Source: Pseudomonas sp.
GTDB lineage: Bacteria; Pseudomonadota; Gammaproteobacteria; Pseudomonadales; Pseudomonadaceae
Direction: 5' to 3'
DNA length: 64,000 nt
NCBI GenBank assembly: GCA_030656145.1
Contig: JAUSOF010000093.1
Span: forward strand, 93,468 to 157,467
Shown here: in pieces, positions 8,335 through 18,626 of the stretch
Layout of the letters: every line of letters starts with the position of its first letter
Position numbering within the stretch: the first letter of the stretch is position 1
Position numbers and translations under genes: made by a program
The notes under the pieces: generated by a model
Database searches by the model: none
What the model saw: the letters and a program-made list of their open reading frames with translations, nothing else
Told to the model about the DNA's origin: nothing

Positions 8335-9489
8335 TTAGCCTGCGCTGTTGTTTTGCTGGATCATGCGGCCGTACAGTTTTTCCAGTTGCTCCCAGGCAGC
8401 GATGGTTTGCGCGCTTTGTGGGCCCGTCTGCGAGTGGATAACAACGGTGGCATGGCGCAGCACTGCAAGCGCTTCGTTGAAGCGGTTGGCCTGCATCAAT
8501 AGCATGCCCAGGTTATTGCAACTTTCCGCCACAAGCATGTGGTTGGCACCTAAGCGCTTCTCTCTGATGGCCAGGCCTGCGCGTAGTTGCTCTTCTGCAT
8601 CTTGCTTCATGCCCAGCAGGTTGAAGAGCACGCCCAGTCTGTTGTGGATGTCTGCAACGCCAACTGATTCCTCGCCTTCGAGTTGCTGGCGAATGCGTTT
8701 TACCCGCAGCAGCAGCGGCTCTACTTCATTGAGTTTGTTGGTCTCTGTGAGTTGGGTCGCCAGGTTGAGCAGGGGGGCGCTGACTTCGAGCGTGTTAGCC
8801 GCATTTTTGCGTTCGTAGATTTCAATTGAACGCCGGAAATAGGCTTCTGCTTGCGGAAACTGACCTTCTTTTTTGCGCACTACCGCGAGGCTGTTGTAGG
8901 CCTTGGCTGTGGCTGTTGCACCGGTAGGGTAGAGCAGTTCGAGTATGCTGATTTGCTCTGCAAGCTGGCGCTGGGCCTTGGCCATTTGGTTGGTGCGGAT
9001 GTAAAAGGTGGCGAGTGTGCCGTGTATCCTGGCAACTGCCTCCGAGTTCTTGCCCAAGGCTTGTTGCCGCAACTGCAGTGTCTGCAGTAGGAGTTTTTCG
9101 GCATCGCCAGGTTGATTAAGCCGTACCAGGCTCTCGGCCAGAGGGACTATCGAGCGCGACAGGTTGTGATGGTTCTTGCCGTAGGCGCGGGTTCTGACGG
9201 CGAGGCTGGCGCGGTAGTGCGTTTCGGCTTCGCGGTACTGCTGGCTGAGCATGGACAAGCTGCCGAGGTTGTCATGCGCGCGCGCCAGTGTTTCCAGTTG
9301 CGCTGATGCGTTGCCACCGGCTGCTGCCTTTTGCGAGGCAAGTGCTTGCGTACAGATGCTTTTGGCGCCGACCAGATCTCGTTTTTTGAGGGCGGTTTCG
9401 CAGTCAGAATTGCTTGCTGCTAAGGCCGCGGGGGCGAGGAGGGCCGCAATGAGTGGCCAGGCAATTGTGTAGTGGGCGCGCTTGAGCAA
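8335..9489 (-). CDS. Secreted tetratricopeptide-repeat protein (kinesin-light-chain-like ~42-aa repeats)
   Basis: Repeats such as AESCNNLGMLLMQANRFNEAL, AKAYNSLAVVRKKEGQFPQAE, ARAHDNLGSLSMLSQQYREAE. TTG at 9489 gives a signal peptide (LKR..WPLIAALLAPAALA). ORF track extends to 9657; start uncertain. Confidence 0.75.
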   Translation of the reverse strand: MLKRAHYTIAWPLIAALLAPAALAASNSDCETALKKRDLVGAKSICTQALASQKAAAGGNASAQLETLARAHDNLGSLSMLSQQYREAETHYRASLAVRTRAYGKNHHNLSRSIVPLAESLVRLNQPGDAEKLLLQTLQLRQQALGKNSEAVARIHGTLATFYIRTNQMAKAQRQLAEQISILELLYPTGATATAKAYNSLAVVRKKEGQFPQAEAYFRRSIEIYERKNAANTLEVSAPLLNLATQLTETNKLNEVEPLLLRVKRIRQQLEGEESVGVADIHNRLGVLFNLLGMKQDAEEQLRAGLAIREKRLGANHMLVAESCNNLGMLLMQANRFNEALAVLRHATVVIHSQTGPQSAQTIAAWEQLEKLYGRMIQQNNSAG

Positions 9490-9675
9490 TTCGAGAGTCC
9501 ATGTGGGCTGTGGTCGCAGGGAGCGATCTTCACATGGATGCGACGGGTGAGCAATCGAGGTGTGCAGTGTGTAGTTGTTGAAACGTAAAAGCCCGGCATT
9601 GCCCACTAAAAAGGCAATGTACCAATAGCGTGTTGCGTTCAGTTGTCGCCACAGCATTTGAGGTGGTCTGGGTCT

Positions 9676-9751
9676 GTAAGGTGCGCCGTGCGCACCAGTG
9701 TTCGTTGCCTGCGTTGGTGCGCACGGCCTGTGCAGCCCCGCGTCACCCTAC
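9676..9751. repeat. Degenerate REP doublet of the GTAGGGTGCGCCGTGCGCACC family
   Basis: GTAAGGTGCGCCGTGCGCACC ... GGTGCGCAC ... CACCCTAC. Confidence 0.6.
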
Positions 9752-9822
9752 CCGTTGCCAGCTATGCGAAAAGGACTTAGGCCTGAATCTCCCATGCAAC
9801 ACGCTATTGGGACATGGCCACT

Positions 9823-9848
9823 AAAAAGCCCGCCAAGTGGCGGGCTTC
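9823..9848 (-). terminator. glyA intrinsic terminator
   Basis: AAAAAGCCCGCCAAGTGGCGGGCTT just past the glyA stop. Confidence 0.85.
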
Positions 9849-9866
9849 TGTGTGCGGCAGTTACGT

Positions 9867-11123
9867 TTACTTGCCGTAGACCGGGAACGTGGCGCAGACC
9901 GCTTTGACCTGCTCGCGTACGCGGGCTTCAACGGCTTCGTCGCCCAGGTTGGCGAGGATTTCGCAGATCCAGCCGGCCAGTGCGCGGCATTCGTCTTCCT
10001 TGAAACCGCGGGTGGTCACGGCTGGGGTGCCGATGCGCAGGCCCGAGGTGACGAACGGCGAGCGTGGGTCGTTGGGGACGCTGTTCTTGTTCACGGTGAT
10101 AAAGGCGCGACCCAGTGCGGCGTCGGCGTCTTTGCCGGTGATGTCTTGCTTGATCAGCGAGAGCAGGAACAGGTGGTTCTCAGTACCGCCGGAGACCACG
10201 TCATAGCCGTTCTCGATAAACACGCTGGCCATGGCCTGGGCGTTCTTGATCACTTGCTGCTGGTAAGTCTTGAACTCAGGCTGCAGGGCTTCCTTGAAGC
10301 ACACGGCCTTGCCTGCAATCACGTGCTCCAGCGGGCCGCCCTGGCCACCCGGGAATACCGCGGAGTTGAATTTCTTCTCCAGCGCTTCGTTAGCGCGCGC
10401 CAGGATCAGGCCGCCACGTGGGCCGCGCAGGGTTTTGTGGGTGGTGGTGGTGACCACGTCGGCGAACGGCACCGGGTTCGGGTACACGCCAGCCGCAACC
10501 AGACCGGCTACGTGGGCCATGTCGACAAACAGGTAGGCACCGACTTTGTCGGCGATGGCGCGGAAGCGCGGGAAGTCGAGGATCTGCGAGTAAGCGCTGA
10601 AACCGGCGATGATCATTTTCGGCTGGTGCTCGACGGCCAGGCGCTCGACTTCATCGTAGTCGATCAGGCCGGTGACGTTGTCGATGCCGTACTGCACGGC
10701 GTTGTAGATTTTGCCGGAGAAGCTGACGCTGGCGCCGTGGGTCAGGTGACCGCCGTGGGCCAGGCTCATGCCCAGTACGGTGTCGCCCGGGTTGAGCAGG
10801 GCCATGTAGACGGCGCTGTTAGCCTGGCTGCCGGAGTGCGGCTGGACGTTGGCGTAGTCGGCACCGAACAGCTGTTTGGCGCGGTCGATCGCCAGTTGCT
10901 CGACCACGTCGACGTATTCGCAGCCGCCGTAGTAGCGCTTGCCTGGATAGCCTTCGGCGTACTTGTTGGTCAGCACGCTGCCCTGGGCTTCCATAACCGC
11001 TGGGCTGGTGTAGTTTTCCGAGGCGATCAGCTCGATGTGTTCTTCCTGGCGCTGGGCTTCTTGCTCCATCGCGGTAAACAGTTCGGCGTCAAAACGAGCA
11101 AGATTCAAATCACGGCTGAACAT
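9867..11123 (-). CDS. glyA: Serine hydroxymethyltransferase
   Basis: [31 protein letters not shown]-lysine motif [13 protein letters not shown]. Confidence 0.98.
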   Translation of the reverse strand: MFSRDLNLARFDAELFTAMEQEAQRQEEHIELIASENYTSPAVMEAQGSVLTNKYAEGYPGKRYYGGCEYVDVVEQLAIDRAKQLFGADYANVQPHSGSQANSAVYMALLNPGDTVLGMSLAHGGHLTHGASVSFSGKIYNAVQYGIDNVTGLIDYDEVERLAVEHQPKMIIAGFSAYSQILDFPRFRAIADKVGAYLFVDMAHVAGLVAAGVYPNPVPFADVVTTTTHKTLRGPRGGLILARANEALEKKFNSAVFPGGQGGPLEHVIAGKAVCFKEALQPEFKTYQQQVIKNAQAMASVFIENGYDVVSGGTENHLFLLSLIKQDITGKDADAALGRAFITVNKNSVPNDPRSPFVTSGLRIGTPAVTTRGFKEDECRALAGWICEILANLGDEAVEARVREQVKAVCATFPVYGK

Positions 11124-11384
11124 GGCAAATCCCCTGAGAAAACCAGCTGGGCAGTAGAAAGAGGGTGCGAATTCTACCTCATCTCGGCCGGGCAGGGGTA
11201 TGCAGTGCAGTCATGTGGCAGACAAGTGGGGTTCATGTGCAAGGCAGCCTCGAACAACTCGCGCTCTGCAGGGTGTCACTCGCCGCAGGCAGTGCAGCAT
11301 GGTTGCCTGTGGCGGGTTGTCGCTGCGTTCCGAACGGATCGCCGCGAACCTGTTTCCCATTCCCTCTCCGTTAGCTGAGCATAA

Positions 11385-14300
11385 TTAGCTGAGCATAAAC
11401 AGCGCAGCGCCGCTGAACTGGGCGGCGAACTGGTGGGCGGGCATGGGGCGGCCGAGTAGGTAGCCCTGCACTTCGTCGCAGTCGTGGGTGCGCAGGAAGT
11501 CCAGTTGCGCCTGGGTTTCCACGCCTTCGGCAATTACCGAAAGGTTCAGGCTGTGGGCCATGGCGATGATGGCGCGGGCGATTTGCGCGTCCTGCTCGCC
11601 TTGTGGCAAGCCATCGACGAAGCTGCGGTCGATCTTCAGCACGTCGATGGGGAACTGTTTGAGGTAATTAAGCGACGAGTAGCCGGTGCCGAAATCATCG
11701 ATTGCGATGCACAGGCCCAGGCGTTTCAGGTCGTTGAGGGTGCGCAGGGCGCTCGCTACGTCCTGCATCAGGATACTTTCGGTCAGTTCCAGCTCCAGGC
11801 AGGCCGGGGCGACGCCATTGTCTTCGAGGATCGTGGCGATGCGCTCAGCCAGTGAACCATCGGTGAACTGCCGGGCCGACAGGTTGACCGAGATCTTCGG
11901 CACGCGAATCTTGTCCGCGTGCCAGCTTTTCAGCTGGCGGCAGGCTTCGGCCAGTACCCAGTCGCCAACCTCCACCACCAGGCCGAGCTCTTCCAGTACC
12001 GGGATGAAGTCATCCGGTGGCACCAGGCCGCGTACCGGATGCTGCCAGCGCAGCAGGGCTTCGGCACCGGTCAGGCGTTGGCCGCTACCGGAGAACTGCG
12101 GCTGGTAATAGAGAATGAATTCCTGCTGTTCGAGGGCGTGGCGCAGGTCGCGCTCCAGTTCCAGGCGCTCCAGGGCGCTGGCGTTCATGTCCGCCTGATA
12201 GAACTGGAAGTTGTTTTTGCCGCGCTCTTTGGCGTGGTACATCGCGGTGTCGGCGTTTTTCATCAGTTGGCTGAGTTCGTTGCCGTCCTGCGGGCTCAGC
12301 GCGATGCCGATGCTGGCGGTGACGAAGAACTCACGACCTTCGAGCACGAACGGTCGGGACAGGCTGGCGAGAATCTGCTCGGCGACATGAATCGCCCGGT
12401 TTAGCGCGATCTCGCGACCGGCGCATGGCTGCAACAGCAGAGTGAACTCATCGCCACCCATGCGGGCTACGGTATCGTCGCTGTCGACACAGGCCTCAAG
12501 ACGCACTGCCACGTCCTTGAGCATGCGGTCGCCAGCAGCGTGGCCGAGCGAATCGTTGATCGGCTTGAAGCGGTCGAGGTCGAGGAACATCAGCACCACC
12601 CATTCCTGATGCCGCTCACCGTATTGCAGGGCGGTGTGCAGGCGATCCTGGAACAGGGTGCGGTTGGGCAACAGGGTCAGGGCGTCGTAGTAGGCGAGGC
12701 GATGGATGCGTTGTTCGCTGGCTTTGCGTTCGCTGATGTCGCTGAAGAAGCATACGTAGCTGACCAGGTCGCCTTCTTCGTCCTGGACGGCGGTGATCCC
12801 GACCCAGGCCGGGAAGCTTTCGCCATCGCGGCGTTTGAGCCAGATTTCGCCTTCCCAGCTGCCGCGCTGACTGAGTTGATTGAGTACGTAATGCAGGTGG
12901 CTGGTCTGCTGGCGGTCGGCGGTGAGCATGCCCGGCAACTGGTCGAGAACCTGGGCCGAGGAATAGCCACTGACACGGCTGAAGGCCTTGTTGACCTGCA
13001 CGATGTAGCCAGCCGGGTCGGTCACCAGGATCGCTGCGGTGGAGTGTTCGAATACCGTGGCGGCCATGCGCAGGTCTTTTTCCGCGCGCCGCTGTTGGCT
13101 GATGTCGCGAGCCACCCCGAGCAGGCCTTTGAAATGGCTGTTCTCGTCCCACATCGGTACCAGGCGCAATTCGATCGGGATTTTTCGGCCGTCAGCACGC
13201 AGGCAGTCGAAGAGGAACAGTTGTGGCTGAAACTGCTCGCGCAACTCGATCATGCGCAGGGGGTTGCCGAGCGCTTTGCGCACGCTATTGAGCAAGATCG
13301 ACAAGCCTGCCAGTTGTTGCGGGTTGGCTGCCAGGCTCTGGATGTCGTTGGTCAGAATCCATTGCGGTTGATAGCCGAGCATCGTCACCACCGAGGGGCT
13401 GACGTAGTTGAGGCGCAGGCTGCTGTCCGAGGAGAAAATCACATCGCTGGTGCTCTCCGCCAGTAACCGGTAGCGCTGTTCACTGTCGCGCAGCGATTGG
13501 CTGCTTTCGATCTGCTCGGTGATGTCCTTGGCCACCCCGATCAGGCGGCTGACGCGGCCGCGGGTGTCGCGGGCCAGCGCCTGTTCGCGAATGCTGAACC
13601 AGCGCCAGGTACCGTCGCGATGACGCCAGCGCAGTTGGGATTCGAGCAGTACGCCGTCGCCGATGACCTGCTGCAGGTTGCGGATGCGCCAGTAATAGTC
13701 GCTGTCGTCCGGGTGCAGGATGTGCTCCCAGAAGCGTTCGCCCAGTGCGTTCAACTCGATTGTGCTGTAACCCAGTTGCAGGCCCAGGTGGTGGTTGCTG
13801 AACAGCACGCGTTTATTCAGCAGGTCGTGCACGTAGAGGGTGTCCGGTACCGCGCGCACCACATCCGACCAGAAACCCTCGCGCTCGATCAGCGACAGCT
13901 CGATACGTTTGCGCGCGGTGATGTCGCTGATGCTCAGGGTCACCGCATTCAGTTCTTGCGCGCTGTCCGGCAGGCGAATGACCAGCCACAGATGGCGTTC
14001 ATGGCCTTGCGGGGTAGTGATCTGACGTTCCAGCTCGAGCTGGCCACCGCCTTCGAGCAGGGCACTGAGTAGTTGTACGCGAAAGCCGTCGGGGCGCAGT
14101 GGGCCGCTGTCGATCAGGTGCTGCCAGGCTTGCTCGGTTGAGTCGACGCCGAGCAGGCGCAGGGCCACCTGATTGGTCTCGGTGAGGCGCATCAGCTGTA
14201 GCAGTTGAGCATGCCGCTGCGGATGGGCGAGCAGCCAGTGCTTGAGGCTCGCGTTGTCGTGGATGTGCTGTTGTTGCAGGTAATCCGGCAGCGCGGCCAG

Positions 14301-15779
14301 ATCGAGTACGCAGAGCGCCGTGCCGGTGCCTTCGAATATGTCCTGGTAGCGCCGGCGGGTTTCCTGCAATACCTCGGTCGCCTGCTGTTGTTCGGTGACA
14401 TCGCGCAGCACCCAGACGAAGCCCAGGCGCCTGGCCGGCTCGCCGAGTTCGCTGCGGCTTATGTCGAACAGGCGGGCCCTGCCGTCCAGCTTGATTTCCA
14501 CCAGCTCGCTGTCGAGGTCGTTGGCCGCGCTGCTGTCGTGCAGCAGCTGTGGGTCGAGCTGGGGCAGCAGCTGTAGTAGGTGCCAGCTGTGCGCGTCATC
14601 GCTGCGCAAGCCGAACAACGCTTCGGCCTGGGGGTTGAGGTAGCTCAGCTGACCATTGCTGTCGGTGACCAGTACGCGCTCCTCGATGGCTCCCAGGGCG
14701 CTGGCAGCCTGGTGTAGCGAGCGCCGTGATGCCGCATTGAGCGCCTGCAGGCTGCGCTGCTCGCGCTGCAGGCGGTACAAGGCCAGCAGGATAAGTACTG
14801 AGCAGAGGGTGAACAGCAGGAGCTTGCTGGCCATCGCGGGTAACAGCTGCGCACGCACGCCAGGCTCGTCGAACAATGCGCGCAGTTGCCAGTCGCTGCC
14901 GTTGAGTGGCGCCAGAAGAATGCTGTGCTCCAGATCGGCAGCGCTTACAGGCATTAAAGCCGCACTGTCGGCGGCATAGTCGCCCTGCTGGCTGGTAATC
15001 AAGCGGTGCGCCCGATGGTCTTCCAGTTGCCAGTGATAGGGGCTCTGGTGGTGTTCGTGCAGCCAGCTGCGCAGTGCTTCGGCGGTCAGGCGCACGAGCC
15101 AATAGTTGCTCTGGCTACTGCTCTGGTCTTGGCGCAGTAGCAGGTAGATCAAGCCGCCATTGTTGGGGTTGAACGCATAGTGATAGGCCGAGCCATTGCT
15201 GCGCTTGATCAGCTCAGCCAGGAATTGACCGTCGTCATGCTGCGGCTGGGTGTCCGCCAGGATGTTGCCGTGCGGGCCGAGCGAGGCCACGCTGCGCAGG
15301 CTGGTAAAGACCCCCTGCAGGCTCTGCGACAGGTTTTCGTCGATCGCATCTGGGCTTGGCAGCACGCTTTTCTGGTGCAGCATCGCCAGGCTGGCCTGTG
15401 CCTTCAGCGCCATGCTCAGGCTGAGGTGATTGGCCAGCTGCGCGTTGAATTCATGGTTGAGCTGGCGCTGGCTGTCGAGCAGCTGCCGCGACTCCAGCTG
15501 CAGTTGCCACAGCAGCAAGCCCAGCATGCCCAGTACCAAAGCAACCAGTGCACCCTTGACCGAGCGGCGCCTGGTGGGCGTCAGCGGTTCGCCGGGTGCT
15601 TGTGGTATCGACGGTGGTGTGTGGCTTGGCACTTGATGGCGATCCTGCAGCGACGGCTTGATGAGCGCAGGGCGAGCCGATCTCTGTTTATGGGCACGCG
15701 CGAGCGGGGCGCTAGAATGCCACATCCGTGGCGAAGTGCCAGCGCAGCCGACGAGTGTCGTTTGCCCTGTACCGCGCAT
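11385..15779 (-). CDS. morA: Membrane-anchored multi-PAS GGDEF/EAL c-di-GMP enzyme (MorA-like); true start probably ~100-150 bp downstream of the ORF-track start
   Basis: Two TM segments, PAS repeats, ARMGGDEF, EALLRW, IDDFGTGYSSL; adjacent to glyA. Confidence 0.88.
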   Translation of the reverse strand: MRGTGQTTLVGCAGTSPRMWHSSAPLARAHKQRSARPALIKPSLQDRHQVPSHTPPSIPQAPGEPLTPTRRRSVKGALVALVLGMLGLLLWQLQLESRQLLDSQRQLNHEFNAQLANHLSLSMALKAQASLAMLHQKSVLPSPDAIDENLSQSLQGVFTSLRSVASLGPHGNILADTQPQHDDGQFLAELIKRSNGSAYHYAFNPNNGGLIYLLLRQDQSSSQSNYWLVRLTAEALRSWLHEHHQSPYHWQLEDHRAHRLITSQQGDYAADSAALMPVSAADLEHSILLAPLNGSDWQLRALFDEPGVRAQLLPAMASKLLLFTLCSVLILLALYRLQREQRSLQALNAASRRSLHQAASALGAIEERVLVTDSNGQLSYLNPQAEALFGLRSDDAHSWHLLQLLPQLDPQLLHDSSAANDLDSELVEIKLDGRARLFDISRSELGEPARRLGFVWVLRDVTEQQQATEVLQETRRRYQDIFEGTGTALCVLDLAALPDYLQQQHIHDNASLKHWLLAHPQRHAQLLQLMRLTETNQVALRLLGVDSTEQAWQHLIDSGPLRPDGFRVQLLSALLEGGGQLELERQITTPQGHERHLWLVIRLPDSAQELNAVTLSISDITARKRIELSLIEREGFWSDVVRAVPDTLYVHDLLNKRVLFSNHHLGLQLGYSTIELNALGERFWEHILHPDDSDYYWRIRNLQQVIGDGVLLESQLRWRHRDGTWRWFSIREQALARDTRGRVSRLIGVAKDITEQIESSQSLRDSEQRYRLLAESTSDVIFSSDSSLRLNYVSPSVVTMLGYQPQWILTNDIQSLAANPQQLAGLSILLNSVRKALGNPLRMIELREQFQPQLFLFDCLRADGRKIPIELRLVPMWDENSHFKGLLGVARDISQQRRAEKDLRMAATVFEHSTAAILVTDPAGYIVQVNKAFSRVSGYSSAQVLDQLPGMLTADRQQTSHLHYVLNQLSQRGSWEGEIWLKRRDGESFPAWVGITAVQDEEGDLVSYVCFFSDISERKASEQRIHRLAYYDALTLLPNRTLFQDRLHTALQYGERHQEWVVLMFLDLDRFKPINDSLGHAAGDRMLKDVAVRLEACVDSDDTVARMGGDEFTLLLQPCAGREIALNRAIHVAEQILASLSRPFVLEGREFFVTASIGIALSPQDGNELSQLMKNADTAMYHAKERGKNNFQFYQADMNASALERLELERDLRHALEQQEFILYYQPQFSGSGQRLTGAEALLRWQHPVRGLVPPDDFIPVLEELGLVVEVGDWVLAEACRQLKSWHADKIRVPKISVNLSARQFTDGSLAERIATILEDNGVAPACLELELTESILMQDVASALRTLNDLKRLGLCIAIDDFGTGYSSLNYLKQFPIDVLKIDRSFVDGLPQGEQDAQIARAIIAMAHSLNLSVIAEGVETQAQLDFLRTHDCDEVQGYLLGRPMPAHQFAAQFSGAALFMLS

Positions 15780-16127
15780 TCCGGTAGTTTTGCCGCACGC
15801 GCGCGGGAGCTGTTTTTACGCGTCTCCGGCAAACCAGCTGACGAGTGGCGCGGGGCCTGGCAGCCTGCCGGACTTGACCCGTAGCGAGAGAAAGTCCGGG
15901 GCGAGGCAGTTTTGGTGCGCTTTTGAGGCGGAAGGCCGCCCCGCGAATAGTCGCTCTATTTAACGAAAAAGCGCGCAGAAAATGACCAGGCCCGGCTTTT
16001 CCGCAGTAGGGCAGTGTTAAGTCCGACAGGCTGCTAGAGCCCGGCAGATGCTGCCACTCATGACCCTGCGTTCGCCACGCGACCTGCTGCCCTTTTCAGT
16101 TTTCAGTCTTAGAACCTAAGGTTATTC

Positions 16128-17792
16128 ATGGCCCAATACGTTTACACCATGCACCGGCTGAGCAAAGTAGTGCCGCCGAAGCGGGAAATTCTCAAGAATA
16201 TTTCCCTGTCGTTTTTCCCTGGCGCCAAGATTGGCGTGCTCGGGCTCAATGGTTCGGGTAAATCGACCCTGTTGAAAATTATGGCCGGGGTCGACACCGA
16301 GTTTGACGGCGAAGCGCGGCCAATGCCCGAGCTGAATGTCGGTTACCTGCCGCAGGAGCCGCAACTCGATCCGAGCAAGACCGTGCGCGAAGTGGTCGAG
16401 GAAGCCGTCAGCGTGATCAAGGACGCCCAGGCGCGCCTCGATCAGGTCTACGCCGCCTACGCCGAGCCGGATGCCGACTTCGACAAGCTGGCCGCCGAAC
16501 AGGCCAAGCTCGAAGCCATCCTGCAAGCCAGCGACGGCCACAACCTCGAGCGCCAGCTCGAAGTCGCCGCCGATGCGCTGCGCCTGCCGGCCTGGGATGC
16601 CAAGATTGGCGTACTGTCCGGCGGCGAGAAGCGCCGTGTCGCGCTGTGCCGCCTGTTGCTGTCGGCCCCCGACATGCTCCTGCTGGACGAGCCGACCAAC
16701 CACCTGGACGCCGACTCTGTCGCCTGGCTGGAGCATTTCCTGCACGATTTCCCGGGTACCGTAGTGGCGATTACCCACGACCGTTACTTCCTGGATAACG
16801 TCGCCGGCTGGATTCTCGAGCTCGACCGTGGCGCCGGTATTCCTTACGAGGGCAACTATTCCGGCTGGCTGGAAGCCAAGTCCGATCGCCTGGCGCAAGA
16901 ATCCAAACAGCAGTCGGCCCATGAAAAGGCCATGAAGGACGAGCTGGAATGGGTGCGCAAAGGGGCCAAGGCCCGTCAGTCGAAGTCCAAGGCGCGCCTG
17001 CAGCGCTTCGAGGAACTGCAGTCGCAGGAATTCCAGAAGCGCAGCGAAACCAACGAGATCTACATTCCGGCCGGTCCGCGTCTGGGTGACAAGGTCATCG
17101 AGTTCAAGAACGTCAGCAAGGCGTATGGCGATCGCGCGCTGATCGACAACCTGTCGTTCAGCATGCCCAAGGGCGCCATTGTCGGCGTGATCGGCGGTAA
17201 CGGCGCCGGCAAGTCGACCCTGTTCCGCATGCTCATGGGCAAGGAGCAGCCAGACTCCGGCAGCATCGAGATTGGTGACACCGTGCAGTTGGCTTGCGTC
17301 GACCAGAGCCGCGACGACCTCGACGGCAGCAAGTCGGTGTTCCAGATGATTTCCGACGGTTCCGACCAGATCCGCATCGGCAATTACGAGATCCCGTCGC
17401 GTACCTACGTCGGTCGCTTCAACTTCAAGGGTGGCGACCAGCAGAAGTTCGTCAAGGATCTCTCTGGTGGCGAACGTGGCCGTCTGCACCTGGCCCTGAC
17501 CCTGAAAGAGGGCGCCAACGTCCTGCTGCTCGACGAACCGTCCAACGACCTCGACGTGGAAACCCTGCGTTCGCTGGAGGAAGCGCTGCTCGACTTCCCA
17601 GGCGCGGCCATCGTCATCTCCCACGATCGCTGGTTCCTGGATCGCGTGGCGACTCACATTCTGGCGTATGAAGACGACTCGCATATCGAGTTCTTCGAGG
17701 GTAACTACACCGAGTACGAGGCCGACCGCAAGAAACGCCTCGGCGATGCCGCCTCCCAGCCGCACCGCGTGCGTCACAAGAAACTGGCGTAA
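16128..17792 (+). CDS. ettA: Energy-dependent translational throttle ABC-F ATPase
   Basis: MAQYVYTMHRLSKVVPPKREILKNISLSFFPGAKIG, two ABC cassettes, 554 aa. Confidence 0.97.
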   Translation: MAQYVYTMHRLSKVVPPKREILKNISLSFFPGAKIGVLGLNGSGKSTLLKIMAGVDTEFDGEARPMPELNVGYLPQEPQLDPSKTVREVVEEAVSVIKDAQARLDQVYAAYAEPDADFDKLAAEQAKLEAILQASDGHNLERQLEVAADALRLPAWDAKIGVLSGGEKRRVALCRLLLSAPDMLLLDEPTNHLDADSVAWLEHFLHDFPGTVVAITHDRYFLDNVAGWILELDRGAGIPYEGNYSGWLEAKSDRLAQESKQQSAHEKAMKDELEWVRKGAKARQSKSKARLQRFEELQSQEFQKRSETNEIYIPAGPRLGDKVIEFKNVSKAYGDRALIDNLSFSMPKGAIVGVIGGNGAGKSTLFRMLMGKEQPDSGSIEIGDTVQLACVDQSRDDLDGSKSVFQMISDGSDQIRIGNYEIPSRTYVGRFNFKGGDQQKFVKDLSGGERGRLHLALTLKEGANVLLLDEPSNDLDVETLRSLEEALLDFPGAAIVISHDRWFLDRVATHILAYEDDSHIEFFEGNYTEYEADRKKRLGDAASQPHRVRHKKLA

Positions 17793-17804
17793 TAACCGGT
17801 AAGT

Positions 17805-17844
17805 AAAAAAGAGTCTGCACATAGCCTGTGCAGGCTCTTTTTTT
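17805..17844. terminator. ettA terminator
   Basis: AAAAAAGAGTCTGCACA-TAGCC-TGTGCAGGCTCTTTTTTT. Confidence 0.85.
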
Positions 17845-18010
17845 TGCCTATGCGCCAAGGGCTAACAGGCTAGAACATGGCGATGTACCCGTTAGCGGTT
17901 GCAGCGAAGCCCAGCAGGCAGTGGCGCGTCCGCTAGGCCTAGTCGCGGGGTCCTCAGGCAATACAACTTGGCTCATCGCCTTGCCGCGGTTGACGGGCCC
18001 CATCAAAAGC

Positions 18011-18070
18011 TTCGCGGACAAGTCCGCTCCCACAAGGTCACCGCACAACCCTGTAGGAGCGACAACCCGC
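18011..18070. repeat. REP arms of the G(T/C)AGGAGC / GTGGGAGC family
   Basis: TTCGCGGACAAGTCCGCTCCCACA followed by GTAGGAGCGAC. Confidence 0.6.
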
Positions 18071-18171
18071 CAGGTCGACAGCTACTTGCGCAAGTCGTGA
18101 TCAATGTCAGTGTGGGCAGCTTGGGAGTGTCCACACTTGGACGGGCAAACACCTCTTTTTGGAGTTCTCCT

Positions 18172-18507
18172 ATGTCTGCTTTCGATCCTCAAGCGGCCCT
18201 CGATATTCTGCTCGCCGAGTACGGCGCGCGGGCCAGCGCAATTCGTCAGGATTTGGCGCGCAGCCACTCGCCGGATTTCGCCGAGCAAGCCCTGCAGCGA
18301 CAGAATGATGAGGTGCTTGAAGCCTTGCTGGCCGAGGCCGAAAAAGGACTGCGGCAGGCGGGCATGGCCAAACTGCGACTGGCCGAAGGTACTTATGGCG
18401 ACTGCCTGCGCTGTGGTGCGGCGATCGAACCGGCGCGTTTGCAGGTGTTGCCGGCCACCGAGTACTGCCTGGCCTGTGCGGATCACGTGGCCGCTTGTGT
18501 CGGCTAG
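18172..18507 (+). CDS. TraR/DksA C4-type zinc-finger protein
   Basis: ATG 18172 with GGAG RBS; GTYGDCLRCGAAIEPARLQVLPATEYCLAC. Confidence 0.88.
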   Translation: MSAFDPQAALDILLAEYGARASAIRQDLARSHSPDFAEQALQRQNDEVLEALLAEAEKGLRQAGMAKLRLAEGTYGDCLRCGAAIEPARLQVLPATEYCLACADHVAACVG

Positions 18508-18626
18508 GCAGCGCCGGCGACATACTTGCCAGCTGCCGACACGGTGCCTGCATCGACATCTGTCCGCGGGGGCGACATTGGCGTGTCAGGCGCCAGTGTT
18601 TGATCCGCGGTAGGCGATCGGAGTCT

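Noticed and set aside
11124-11370. ZTP or glycine riboswitch upstream of glyA
   Set aside because: Could not find the ZTP 3' GCCCGCCTGGGC element or glycine aptamer cores on the minus strand
17848-18048. Small minus-strand ORF after ettA
   Set aside because: Overlaps REP sequence, no recognisable motif or RBS
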